DNA of 62,344 bases, the filler included, from Chiloscyllium plagiosum (taxonomy: Eukaryota): the NCBI RefSeq assembly GCF_004010195.1. It is 4 parts of one record of this genome, joined end to end, with 100 filler letters (N's around TTAATTAATTAA, not from the genome) between each part and the next. Parts side by side here need not be neighbours in the genome. Positions count along the whole stretch, not along the records: positions 43,075 to 58,789 come from NC_057714.1; positions 58,890 to 62,344 come from NC_057714.1; 2 more parts are not named here. One strand, written 5' to 3'. The notes beneath the pieces are model-generated. The model was not told the DNA's origin. It saw nothing but the letters and a program-made list of their open reading frames with translations, and searched no databases. Position 1 is the first letter of the stretch, and every line of letters starts with the position of its first letter. Shown here in pieces: positions 49,951 to 62,259 of the stretch. The position numbers were made by a program, and so were the translations under genes.

Positions 49951-50217
49951 GCTACAGTGCCGGGGACCAGGGTTTAATTCTAGCTTCGGGTCACTCTCTG
50001 TGTAGAGTTTGCACATTCTCCCTGTGTATTCCTGGGTTTCCTCCGGCGCTTTGGTTTCCTCCCATGATCCAAAGATGTGCAGGTTAGGGGAATTGGCCTA
50101 GTGTTCACAGATTGTAGGTTAGGTACATTAGTCAGGAGTAAATATAGGTTACTGTTCAGAGGGTTGGTGTGGACTTTTTGGGCCGAAGGGCCTGTTTCCA
50201 TGCTGTAGAGATTCTCT
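49951..50217 (+). mobile_element. HE1-type V-SINE, 5' truncated
   Basis: gtagagtttgcacattctccctgtg...gggtttcctccgg...gggccgaagggcctgtttccatgctgtag. Confidence 0.88.
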
Positions 50218-50429
50218 GAAGTGTCCATTTGAGGTGAGCTATTTAATAGGGTCAAGCATTTTTCTGAATTTCATTTGCAAGTACCTAGTCTTGCATGCAA
50301 AGAAACATAATATTAAAGTCATTTAATGTCTAAAATGAATGTCCACATCAGTTAGCAGGCTATAATTGCCATAAGAACTAAAATTATGTCTGTGACTTTT
50401 TTTTAATCATTGAATGCAAGAATGTTAAA

Positions 50430-50695
50430 TCACTTCCCGTGTGGCAATAAGATTCCTTCTCAGTATTTGAAGAAGAGCATGGGAGTTTCGTTTCCCAAGC
50501 AATTATCCCTTGATTAACATTGCTCAGAAAAATCTGATGCATCTCATTGCTATTTGTGGGAACTTTGCTGTGTAGAACTTGGATACCATATTTCCTTCCA
50601 TTTCAACAGTGACTGTAGTTAAAGCACTTTATTGGCTGCAAATGTTTCAGTACATCCTGATGTTGTGAAAGGCAGTGTATGTAAATGGAAGTATC
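50430..50695 (+). mobile_element. Deu-domain SINE remnant (SacSINE1/AmnSINE1-like)
   Basis: tttgaagaagagcatgggagtt...ctcattgctatttgtgggaactttgctgtg...ttgtgaaaggcagtgtatgtaaatggaagt. Confidence 0.55.
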
Positions 50696-52559
50696 AATGC
50701 GCCTGCAAAATTCTGGGAATTTAGTTTATTCAATTATTTTGTGCTCTGACAAAATGTACATTTTGTCTGTGTTGAAGGTTCCACTTGCATAGCCTTGCTA
50801 ATACAAAAGCTCTGCATTTTCTGGTCTTCAATGAGCTGAGGTTTGCAAAACATGGAATATAAATTATGCTGCAGCAGATGGAGGTCGGTTAATATGTATG
50901 AGGACATTGTCACTTTTACATTAATGCAAGCTAAATACAGATGTTTGGCTGCAGTTTCACCTGGAATATTTTACCAATATCAAGTATTGTAATAAAAAAG
51001 GTAAATTAGGTTGACCACTCATCCACATCAGCATCATGGATTTCCCTGCCTGAAGTCAAATCACCTAGCTGTGTGTGAGGGTTGGGTTGTGGGGCTCAAT
51101 TACCCATCCAGTTTCCATGCCTGTCATTGCAGCCACCAGTAACATCTAGGAGAGCCATGGGAGTAAACTCCAGAGCAATTGTGATAATCACATTCAAGAG
51201 AATGTTGAGGGAGAGTCTTTTTGTTTGTAAAGTTGTTTGTGGAAAATGAATGTTGCCATCTAGCATTTATTGCCCATCTCTAATAGCCCAGGGACATTTA
51301 AGAGTCAACCGCACATCATTTATGAAATAAAATTGTCCATCCTCAACCAATCTGGCCTATGCACAACTCCAGACCTGATTGGTTGAGCATGGTCTATTCA
51401 TTCCATAAAGAATATTAGTGAACTCTGCATTTTGTTTTTTGCTGACCAGTAGAAAAGCTGGATACATGCTACAACTTTGATATGTTCTACAAGGTGACAG
51501 GAGAGTTTTGAACTAAATTTCAGCAAATATAGGCGGGATTTGGCTTCCACTTGTTAGTTATCTCCGGTGAGGAGTTCAACCAATTTTCCAGATCCTAATT
51601 TGAATCATAGACGGACATCTAATCGGGGGGTGGAGTAGGAATGAGGTAAAAATGTGGAAAAAGAAAACAGGACGTTTTTCATAAAGTATTTTGAGATGAA
51701 ACTTTCAGTAGTTTTGCAGATGCATTTTCTGGTGGCAAATCAGGATTGGTTGTAGTCATAAATCCTCGGGGGATGAATTTCCGCAGAATTTCTCCCACTT
51801 TGATCACTAAGTTCCATGGAAAAGCCGTAGAAACCTTGGGGGAAAGAAAACAGTATTTCCAACATACAGGCAATTTTTCCACAGGTACTGCAGCTCTTCA
51901 GCCAAGTTTACAGTGACTTGTGGGAGAACCCCTGTTAAAGTGCAACTTCCGGTTCATCTTTGGTTAATATATTTCCTGTTGCTTTCCTTTGAGCCTATCA
52001 ATAGAGTACTCTTGCACAAGACGTTTTAATATACACCTGTTACTTCGAGTAATCCATAAGATATTCAGTGTCATCAGATCCAGGAGTGTAAAATGATGCA
52101 AAGCCAATCATATTAAGTTGCAAAGGTATATTATTATCACTTTAAAGCCAGTCTAATTTTACATGGAGCTTCAGATGATTCAGAGCTCACTATTGTTTGT
52201 CAGCTTTGGGCTCCTGCTAAGAAGAATGCATATTCTCAAGGATGTTTTCTATCTATAATCAAATGTAATATGTACAATGTGGCATATTCTTCCTACTATT
52301 TCTGCTCTTTGTTACAAGTACTTGTGGCAAGCAGTTGCTGGGCTGTCTGACATCTCCTCACCAATCTTACTCCCTGCTGGTTTCACTGATTCCTAACTGT
52401 TCCTTGTAGTTTGTCCATTCATTGCATTGCCTGATTCTGGCCTGATTCTAGTTAATATTACTTTCGATTTAACCAATGTCTTTGGCCCTGCCTTCCTTTT
52501 GATAATGACCTGAGGTTGAACCAGACTAAGTGCAATTGTCATATTTAAGGCTGAGGTAA

Positions 52560-55500
52560 GCTTCTGACCACCTGCATGCTAGCTTTCAGTGACTATTGGA
52601 CAAGGACAGCCCAGTTCTCTTTCGATATCAACATTTTCCAATCTCTTTCCGTTTAAGAAATACTGTGTGCCTCCATTCATCCTACCAAAGTGGATAACCT
52701 CACACGTCTTCACATTATATTCTATGATGCACTTGTCCATTCACTTTTTTCTGTCAAAATCCTCCTTAAGCCTCTGTACATGTTCCTTACAAACATTGGG
52801 ATTGAGAATTTTATCATCTGCAAACTTGGATGTATTACAATATGTCCCCACATCCTATTCATTGATGTGATTGTGAATAGCTGAGGCTCAAGCGCTGATC
52901 CTTGTGGTATCCTGCAGCTCACTGTCTGTCAATGTGAGAATTACTTTTTTTTTATGCCTATAGTTTTCTGCCATTAAGCAGTCCTCAATCCATTCTAATA
53001 TGTCCCTGATCCCAAGTGCTTTAACGTTGTTTACTAATCTCCTATGTCAGACTTCATCAAAAGTCTAAATCCACCACATCTTCTGGTTCCCCCTGATGGA
53101 TTCTTCTTGTAACAAACTTTTTTTAAAAAAAAAAAGCTCTATCAAATTTGTCATGTTGTCTCTCTGTACAATCAGATAATTATTCTCTAAGTATTATAGG
53201 TTCTAGTACTTGTCCCTACCAATCACATCACACTAATAGGGTCTCTAATTCCTTGCTTTCTTTCTCCTCCCTCTTGTGTTAAACAGTGAGGTTACTTTAC
53301 AACCATTCAATCTCTAGGTATTATTATCTTGCAAAATTTTATTAATTCGGCAATCAATGTATTGACTCTTTTCTCTTCTCCAATCATCTCTTTGAACACT
53401 CTAGGGTGGAGATTGTCATGTTTCAGGAGTTTTGTCAACATTCAATCCCATTAACTTTTCAAATTTTGCTGATATTAATTCCTTTCAGTTCCATACTCTT
53501 CAATCTTAACTTTTTCAGGGAGACCTCATATCTATTATTTAATTAGCTTCTTTGTTATTTCTCTATTACTACTTATAAAAAAATCTCAATTTATAATGGG
53601 CCCATATTGTCTTTATTAATCTTTTTCTTTTCAAATAAATCTGTGTAGAAAGTTTTTACAATCAGTTTTTGTGTTTCTTGCTATTTTACATTCATAGTCT
53701 ATTCATTTTCTTTATCAGTTTCTTTGACCTCCTTTGCTGAATTAGTCTTAAAGTCATACAGCATGGAAGCAGACCATTTGATCCAACCATTTCCTTGCTG
53801 ACTGCAATCACAAACTAAACTAGTCCTATCTACCTGCCCTTCGCCCATATCCCTTCAAACGTTTCTTATTCATGTACTTATCAAAATGCCTTTTAAATGT
53901 TGTAACTATACCCACATCCCCCACTTCCTCTGGAAGTTCATTCTACAAAGAATCACTGTTTTTAAAATCGTTTTCCTCTCACATTAAAAATATACCCTTA
54001 ATCTTGATATCCCCCACCCTAGGGAAAAGACACCTGCCATTCACCTTATCTAAACCCCTCATTATTTTCTAAATCTCTATCATATCAACCTCCTACACTG
54101 CCGTGAGAAGAGGTCTGAGCCGAATCAGTCTCTCCTTATAACTCAAACCCTCTATTCCCAGCAACATCAAGGTAAACCTCTTCTTAACCCTCTCCAGCTT
54201 AAAAACATCCTTCCTATAACAGGGCGACCAGAACTGAACACATTACCCCAGAAGCGGCCTCACCAATATTCTGTACAACCTCAACATATCATCCCAACTC
54301 CTATACTCAAAGCTCTGAGCAATGAAAGTAAGCATACCAAAGACCTCCTTAACTATTCTATCGATATGATGCAAACTTCAAAGAATTATATACCTGAACC
54401 CCTAGGTTCTACAACACTACCCAAAGCCCGACTTTTAATTGTAACAGTCTTGCCTTTGCATTTAGGTAAAACAAAGAATACCTCATTTATCTAAATTAAA
54501 CTCCATCTGCCACTCATCAGCCCATTGACCCAATCGATCAAAATCTCATTGTAATCCTAGATAACCTTTCTCGCTGTTTACTATACCACCAATATTTGTG
54601 CTATCTGCAAGCTTACTAACCATGCTTTCTATATTCTCATCTAAATCATTTATACAAATGACAAACAAAAGTGGACCCAGCACTGATCCCTGTGGAGCAC
54701 CACTGCTCACAGGCCTCCAATTCTCCCAGTTTTCTTTGACAATGTTTATAAGCCACCTGCTCCTTCATTCTAATTCAATGTTTAACTTACCTTGTTAGCC
54801 ATGGTTCATTTGCAGTTTCTGTTGTATATCTTTGCCTTTTATGGGAGTGTATGTTTTTGTAACTTAAGCATCAATTGTTCAAATACTAGTCATTGTCAAT
54901 CTACCATCAAATATTTTAACATATTTTTCCAGCCCACTACAGCCAACGTTCTCCTCCTACCTTCACAGTTTCCCTTGTTTAGACTTTAGTTTCAAGTAGA
55001 ATTTTACATTAAGTTTGAAAAAAGATGTAGTTAAATCATACTATAGTTACTGTTGACACAATTTTTTTTACTAGCAAATTTAATAATTAGTCCTTTTGCA
55101 TTGCACAATGTCAGATCAAAAAAAAGTCTGTGCTCTAATTGATTCCTCAACATTTTACTCCAGAAAACATTCAAACAAATTTCAGAAATTCTTCTTTCAT
55201 AGCACCGGTGCTCATTTGATTTATGTAATGTTCCATCAAAGTGGTTCCCTCTAACCACCTGTATACAATGACGATGTCACCACACTGAGGGCATCACTGG
55301 CTTCTAGTTCCAGAGCTGCTGCTTTGCACAGACCCCTGAAGCCCATGCAACCTATGTGTAAATTGAAGTCACCATTGATTACTGCATTCCCTTGCTACAG
55401 GCACCTCGATTTCCTGATTTATGCTGTGCCTTATATTACCAGTACTGTTTGGCAGCCTATAAACCACTTCTACCTATGATTGCTACTCCTTGCTGTTTCT

Positions 55501-55975
55501 CAGCTCCTTTCAAACAGACTCTGCATTCTGCTTTTCCAATCAGAGACTCTCTCCCACTAATACACTGAACGTTTTCCTCATTATTAGCACAACTCCATCT
55601 CCTTTTACCTTTCTACATAGCTTTCCTAAATGTCAACTATCCTTTTAATATTCAGTTCCCAGTCATCTTCATCCTGCAGCCATCATAGCAATTAAAATAT
55701 TTTTTTTAGTTCTTCTTGTAGAGTTAATTCACTTATTGTGAGTGCTATGCACATTCAGATAAAGTTCTTCATTGTGCTTTTTTAACATTACTCTGTAACT
55801 TTATCTTGATATAATTCTAGGATTTGTTTCTGTAGCTTTCTACTTCCACTTAACAGCTTTTCTACTTCCTATAAGCAGCATTCTTCCTCTATCAGAATTC
55901 CCTCTCGGGTTCCCATCCTCCTGACAAGTTAGTTTAAACACTCCCAAACAGCACAAGCAAATCTATCCAAGAGGA
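52560..55975 (-). mobile_element. Old CR1 (minus) with a younger HER1/CR1 3' part nested at about 53745-54720
   Basis: Reverse strand IPQGSALEPQLFTI at about 52870-52915 and APQGSVLGPLLFVI at about 54660-54700. A tail-like agtcttaaagtcatacagcatggaagc lies at 53743. Confidence 0.75.
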
Positions 55976-55976
55976 T

Positions 55977-56148
55977 AAAACAAAGATCTGTGGATGCTGG
56001 AAATTGAAACAAAACAGAAATTATATAACTCAGCAGTCTGTCAGCATCAGTGAAGAGCAGTTTACTGGAATTGAAATTTAACTGTGTTTTCTCACAACAG
56101 ATAGTGCCACACCTGCTGAGTTTCTCGAGTAATTTCTGTTTTGATTTC
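55977..56148. mobile_element. Decayed fold-back Penelope-like insertion (family C)
   Basis: gaaacaaaacagaaatt...aactcagcag / ctgctgagttt...aatttctgttttgatttc inverted arms, left tail, and flanks tctatccaagaggat / tctaccaatgaggat. Confidence 0.7.
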
Positions 56149-56299
56149 TACCAATGAGGATGTTTGTCCTGATCCTGCTAGCCTGTCCTTCTTATGCAGA
56201 TCTAACCTGCCCTGGAATGATTTCCAATGCCCCAGAAATCTAAAGAACCACCTCCATTTTTTTTCCACTTGCATGTCCATTCACTCAAACTATGGGGAA

Positions 56300-56945
56300 T
56301 AGGTGGTTGTGTCAACTGGACTAGTGATCCAGAACCCTGGGCTAATATTTTGGGGATAAGTGTTTGAATCCCGCCATGCGAGATGGTGAAATTTGTACTC
56401 CAAGTTTGGTTCATTAAAGCACATTCATGAGCCAGATAGGTATGCTATGATCCCAAATGGTGACTGCATAACCACTGGGGGGGTTTTGTAAAAATCCACT
56501 CGGTTCACTAAGTTTTTAAGAGAAGGATAGCTATTATCCTTCCTTTAACTGGCTTATATGTGACTCCAGACCCATTGCAGTTGTTGACTCTTAGCTGCCC
56601 CCTGGATAATTAGGAATGGGGCAGCACGGTAGCTCACAGCACCAGGGTCCCAGGTTCAATTCCAGTGACTGTCTGTGTGGAGTTTGCACGTTCTCCCCAT
56701 GTTTGCGGGGGTTTCCTCCGGGTGCTCCAGTTTCCTCCCACAGTCCAAAGATATGCAGGTCAGGTGAATTGGCCATGCTAAATTGCCCATCGTGTTAGGT
56801 GCAGTAATCAGAGGGAAATGGGTCTGGGTGGGTTACTCTTCGGAGGGTTGGTGTGGACTGATTGGGCCGAAGGACCTGTTTCCACACTGTAGGGAATAAA
56901 AAAAATGTTGACCTACCCAAAGCCACCCATATCCCACAAACAAAC
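56300..56945 (+). mobile_element. Old tRNA-derived SINE interrupted by an HE1 V-SINE (56618-56897)
   Basis: Outer element: gactagtgatccagaa...gtttgaatcccgccat...gtgactccagaccca...aattaggaatggg. Inner element: V-domain and HE1 3' end. Confidence 0.75.
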
Positions 56946-57692
56946 TTTTAAAAAGCAGACTCTATCCCGTGTCTATAATTTAGTAGAATGATAGAAGGAG
57001 AATCAGCCAAGTTTTTAGAGAAAAACATATACCAACCAGTCTCTGAAAAGTTCGTAAAGAGCAAATACTTGAACAGCTGTTACTCATAGCATTGTTCATC
57101 TTCTAATGCCTATCAACTTCCTAATCCTTAGTTTTGCAGGTTGGTTGAGGTTCTGTAGTTCTGTTGCTTTTTGCCCATCAATGAGTTCCAGCATTCAGGG
57201 TGAGAGAGAGTCTCTTGTTTCCATTTTAAATGAGATGTAGTGCTTGGAGTAAGAGAGGGTCTCTACCTGCAACATGGGCATAACTATGGAAGTTCTTTGA
57301 CTAATACCTTCACACTGAAACCCAGGTAAAAGTGTTCAACCCCATGACTGTATTCTATTCCAGTAGATTAGAATTTTTTTTTAAAACTTCTTTCCTGGAG
57401 GCTAAAACAGCATGTCTACAAGAAGTGGTTTTCTGCCAAGAAGGAAGAAATAGTTAGCTTCTTGTTATCTGTTCTTGTTAAGTGTCTCCCTGTTTGACAT
57501 TTCCTTCATAATTTACTTGTGCAACATGTCATGAGTTTCACACAGGACTTTGCCAGACAGTCACTACATTTAAATCCACAGTACATTTATTTTCTGTTGC
57601 AGACCTCCCTTATAAACACAACACATTTAAGAGAGAATGTCTGTCTGTAAATAGTTTGAGGTTCTGATAATAGAATGACAGATTAGAATGTT

Positions 57693-57784
57693 AAACAAAA
57701 AACTGGAAAAGCTCAGCACTTTTGGCAGCATCCATGGGGAGAAATCAGAGTTAACATTTTGGGTCTAGTGACCCTTCCTCTGAT
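57693..57784 (-). mobile_element. Penelope-like terminus (family C) with 10-bp TSD
   Basis: ttagaatgtt at 57683-57692 and 57785-57794. Reverse strand reads cagaggaagggtcactagacccaaaatgttaac (degenerate hammerhead). Confidence 0.7.
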
Positions 57785-58789
57785 TTAGAATGTTTGTTGT
57801 ATTCCCGACAGAAGTATGTACGAAGAACAAACTGACTGAATTGTTGGCACAACATCAACCTAGAAGGCATGATATGGTAGCCATTAGAGACATGGCTGCA
57901 AGGCACTCAGAACTGGGAATGAAATGAGATCATAGTTGATCTGATGATCCTCAACTTTAATTATCCTACCTTTTTCCTGTACCCTTGATATCAGCCTTGA
58001 ATATACTTAACGACACAGCCTTAAAAGCCCTCTTCAGTAGAGAATCCCCTGACATACTTCCCTCTGAGGTAAGAAATTCCTCCTCATTTTTGTATGTCCA
58101 CAGTGTGGCATTTTAAAAGCACTTAATGTGAGACAGAACAAGTTTAAACCACCATGAGGCAAGAGCTTGATTGGCCAAATAGAACAGCAGTGAAGAGTTA
58201 TGTAAAGAAATAAGAAACAAAAATGGAAATTAAAAAAAACTTACAAAAGTGTAAAGGATGACAGTGAGTGAAAAGGTGCAAAGGATGATAAAACAGAAGG
58301 CAAAAGTTACCAATAAGATTATGGGGAAAATGCGCAAGGGACATCAAAATCAACATTTTTCTTCTACATTCTTGTGGAAAGAAGATAATCATGTGGATCC
58401 TTTAAACCAATGTTAATACTGTCAATAAGTAAGGAAATATTGGTTATGTTGAATAGTTACTTAGCATCAATACTTACAGTAGAGAAAAACTCCGAACGCA
58501 GGACATTTTTAAAACAAAAGTAATATTGAATTGGGAGAAAACTAACATGAGAAAAGGATCAATGAAGAAGATAGTGATGCTACCGAATGACTGATACCAT
58601 GAATCAGGTGGGTCCAATCCCAAGTAAGTGAGAATATCACAGATGTACTATAATCCTCCAAAGTCCACTCAATCCAGGAACAGTGCCTTTTTTAGATTGG
58701 AAAATAGTGCACTTCACTGTTTTTTTAGAAGGGTAAGGCGGGGGGGGGGGGGGGTTAGGGGAGCCAGAAAATTACAAATAGTTATAGAG

Positions 58790-58889
58790 NNNNNNNNNNN
58801 NNNNNNNNNNNNNNNNNNNNNNNNNNNNNNNNNTTAATTAATTAANNNNNNNNNNNNNNNNNNNNNNNNNNNNNNNNNNNNNNNNNNNN
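58790..58889. other. Assembly gap: 44 N + TTAATTAATTAA + 44 N
   Basis: Identical linker. Confidence 0.97.
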
Positions 58890-59579
58890 TTCATAGCTCC
58901 TTGAAAGTGGAGTCGCAGATAGATAGGATAGTGAAGAAGGCATTTGGTATGTTTTCCTTTATTGGTCAGAGTATTGAGTGCAGGAGTTGGGAGGTCATGT
59001 TGCAGCTATACAGGACATTGGTTAGGCCACTGTTGGAATATTGCGTGCAATTCTGGTCTCCTTCCTATCGAAAAGATGTTGTGAAACTTGAAAGGTTTCA
59101 GAAAAGATTTACAAAGATGTTGCCAGGGTTGGAGGATTTGAGCTACAGGGAGAGGCTGAACAGGCTGGGGCTGTTTTCTCTGGAGTGTCGGAGGCTGAGG
59201 GGTGACCTTATAGAGGTTTACAAAATTATGAGGGGCATGGATAAGATAAATAGACATAGTCTTTTCCCTGGGGTCAGGGAGTCCAGAACTAGAGGGCATA
59301 GGTTTAGGGTGAGAGGGGAAAGATATACAAAAGACCTAAGGGGCAACATTTTCACAGAGGGTGGTACGTGTATGAAATGAGCTGCCAGAGGGTATGGTGG
59401 AGGCTGGTTCCAATGCAACATTTAAGAGGCATTTGGATGGGTATATGAATAGGAAGGGTTTGGAAGGATATGGTCCGGGTGCTGGCAGGTGGGACTAGAT
59501 TGGATTGGGATATCTGGTCGGCATGGATAGGTTGGACCAAAGGGTCTGTTTCCATGCTGTACATTTCTATGACTCTATG
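58890..59579 (+). mobile_element. HER1/CR1 LINE 3' end, young
   Basis: 159-aa ORF with LYRTLVRPLLEYCVQFWSP, RRLRGDLIEVYKIM and RTRGH, and a tctatgactctatg tail. Confidence 0.93.
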
Positions 59580-60639
59580 GATGGATAATAGTACCAATAA
59601 GGTGTGAGAGCTTGCTATCCTTAACACTTGAAAGATGGGTAATAAGTTTTTGTTAAAATACTGGATAAAAGCAAAATGAAACTGTGGAGCAGGTTTGAGA
59701 TAGTGTGAGTCAATGGTGCTGGAAAGGTTCAGATTGCTCATCTGATAGTTCTCATGATGAGACAATGTATTGTCATTCAGAATGTTGTGAAAAGAGCAAC
59801 GAGGGAAACGTAAGAGACAATTTATAATCAAGGGTGGATTCAAAACATGGAAGATAGGATTTCAGTTGGAATCCAGTTAAGAGTAAATTGAAGCCAGAGT
59901 CAGTTGTTAAGAATGGAAATGTGATTGTGGATTTTTTTTTGTTTCCTGATCATACAAACAAGAGAAATAAAAAGCAAGGAGAAACAGAGTAGAAGAAACC
60001 AACTAGAATTCTGTCAGAATGAATTTTTTCAAGGTAGGTTTTCTGCAGAAGTAGAAGCTAATTAGATTGCAAAGTGTAAGAGTCTGGATGTTGGAAAATT
60101 GAAATAAAAACTGAAAATGCTGGAAATACTTAGTAGGTCAGGTAGCATTTTGTATGGAATAGCTGAGTTTATGTAGCGAGTAAAGAACATTTAATCAGAA
60201 CCAGAAAACTTCGAAATGCTACAAGTTTTGAGCAAGGTGTAAATAGGTCAAAGAAAGAAAGGAGATTTGACCCCATTTTGTCCCCATTCTGGGACTTGTT
60301 TGATGGACGATATCGAGGGAACTTTACTTTCAATTTGCAAGAGTGTGCATCACTTCGAATCTAACTGCTGCTGTACCAGTGATGGGACGGATTCAAGGAG
60401 ACAGTGTACCGGTTGTGTTCAAAGAGAGAGCTTTACTCTGTACCTAACCCCATGCTGTGTTTGGCAGGGACAGTGTTGCAGGAGAGCTTCACTTTCACTG
60501 GAAAGTAGTAGAGAGAGAGAGAGAGCTTTGCGTTCATTTTAAAACAGCTTTTGGGGGAGGGGGAGGGGAGACCATCAGCTGAGTTTCAGCTGACTTTGAT
60601 TTTATGTCAGATCTCCAGCCATTCACAATGTTTTGATGT

Positions 60640-61650
60640 TGGTTAACGGAAGACACTGACCGACAGAGGAATTCGCCGAAGCGGCTCTGTTATGCACTAA
60701 TCTTTCCCTGAAACGAGTGAACTACGGCGTTCAGATTTCACATGTTCTGGCCGGGGAGACGAACTAACTTGTTGTGGCTGCGTTAGAAGGCGAGGGCTAG
60801 AGGGAGCGAGGAAGACTGGAGGCTTCTAGCAGACAGCTAGCAGTTCCATCGGCATCTTCGGAGTTACCTTATTCCGCCTAGACACCGCGGCAAGTGTCGA
60901 GTGCTCGTTTTTATTTCTCCAAAAGGCTTCAGCAACAGCCACATAAATGACGGCGCAGTGCCTTCGCTGAGTGTGTATCGACGGTGAGGATGGGGCGGGG
61001 AGGCTTTCGGAAAGTGCAGGTGGAAGATGGCGGTTGGGACGCGGGAGGGACATTGGGGTCGAACGCGGGAGGGACAATGGGATGGAGCGCGGGAGAGACA
61101 ATGGGGTGGAGCGCGGGAGAGACAATGGGGTGGAGCGCGGGAGGGACAATGGGGTGGAGCGCGGGAGGACAATGGGGTGGAACGCGGGAGGACAATGGGG
61201 TGCAGGGCGCGCCCATTGTTTGCCCGGGAATCTGAACCTGCTCGAGCTTCCGCGTACTGCTCCGGCTGAGTTAACGACGCAGAGGGGGATACAAACAGCT
61301 CTCCATCCGCAATATCCAAGAGTAATGCATATTGGTGTCCTGTCAAGATGCCCCTCAAAGGTTTGATGTCGTCCTGTTCCAACGTCGGTCAGTGTTTCTC
61401 AACTCGGCTACCTCTCACGTGCACATGACAACTCCCGGTGTGAGCTTTTCAGCGCCCGCATCAGTGCGGGATCTTCTGCAGCGGGCTTTCTGTCTCTCGG
61501 ATTGCAGTATTTTGGAAAGGACGCTCAGTCGGCGGAGCTGCACGGATCCGGGCCACGCCGCCGTGCTCACAAAGTCCCAACACATGCTGACCATCTGGCC
61601 GGGGTTGCAAGCGCGTTTAGGACTGAGCGGAACAAGGTGCAGAGATTTGG
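60640..61650. promoter_or_regulatory. CpG-island-like region, candidate intragenic promoter/enhancer
   Basis: Sharp rise in GC and CpG density relative to the CpG-depleted window. GC box GGGGCGGGG at 60992-61000; tandem E-boxes CACGTG (61416-61421) and CACATG (61422-61427). No recognisable transposon sequence. Confidence 0.6.
61040..61205 (+). repeat. 23-24-bp G-rich minisatellite, 7 units (cgcgggagggacaatggggtggag)
   Basis: Units start at 61040, 61064, 61088, 61112, 61136, 61160 and 61183. Confidence 0.95.
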
Positions 61651-62014
61651 GGCAGCAAACTGCACAAAAATAAAATATAGAAGCGAGCTGCTGTAATTTT
61701 GCAATGGAGCTACTGCCGTGTAACATGAGTGTGGAGACAGCAGAGATCTATAAGGAAACGGCACTTTTCATGTACCTTGCTAATGCAATGTTATAGTAGG
61801 AATGTCAGGGGAAAAACACGCACATCTCAGTACATAACTAAATGCCGCAACACCGTTTTGTTTTCAAAAAGTTACGTGAGCACGAGTTTAAAATTATTTC
61901 AAATAATTGTAATCGCGCTAAACTAACGCCACGGAAAAGGATATGTATTTACTCAACTTTTCATAGTAACAACTTGTATTCAGTCTGAAAAATCATGTTA
62001 AAGAATTGCTTGGT

Positions 62015-62154
62015 AAAAGCAAATTACTGCCGATGCTGGAATCTGAAACCAAAAGAGAAAATGCTGGAAAATCTCACCAGGTCTGGCAGTATCTGTAAGG
62101 AGAGAAAAGAGCTGATGTTTCGAGTCTAACTCGAAACGTCAGCTCTTTTCTCTC
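62015..62154. mobile_element. Fold-back Penelope-like insertion (family C), right arm cut by a HER1 tail
   Basis: agagaaaagagctgatgtttcgag-tctaa-ctcgaaacgtcagctcttttctct hairpin, preceded by the family C arm and tail. Confidence 0.75.
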
Positions 62155-62259
62155 AGAGAGTCATAGAGATGTACAGCATAGAGATGTACAGACCCTTCTG
62201 TCCAACCGGTCCATGCCGACCAGATATCCCAACCTAATCTAGTCCCACCTGCCAGCACT
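62155..62259 (-). mobile_element. HER1/CR1 3' tail fragment
   Basis: Reverse complement of about 36060-36165, with a small internal duplication (catagagatgtacag x2). Confidence 0.85.

Noticed and set aside
61040..61205. CRISPR-like short repeats and repetitive ORFs (LPRSTPLS, ERGRDNGV)
   Set aside because: Head-to-tail units without unique spacers in a vertebrate context; the ORFs are translations of the minisatellite.
926..61926. Remaining 60-170 aa ORFs in the ORF track
   Set aside because: They are either LINE/SINE/Harbinger remnants already listed or lack recognisable domains and splice context, as expected by chance in intronic DNA.
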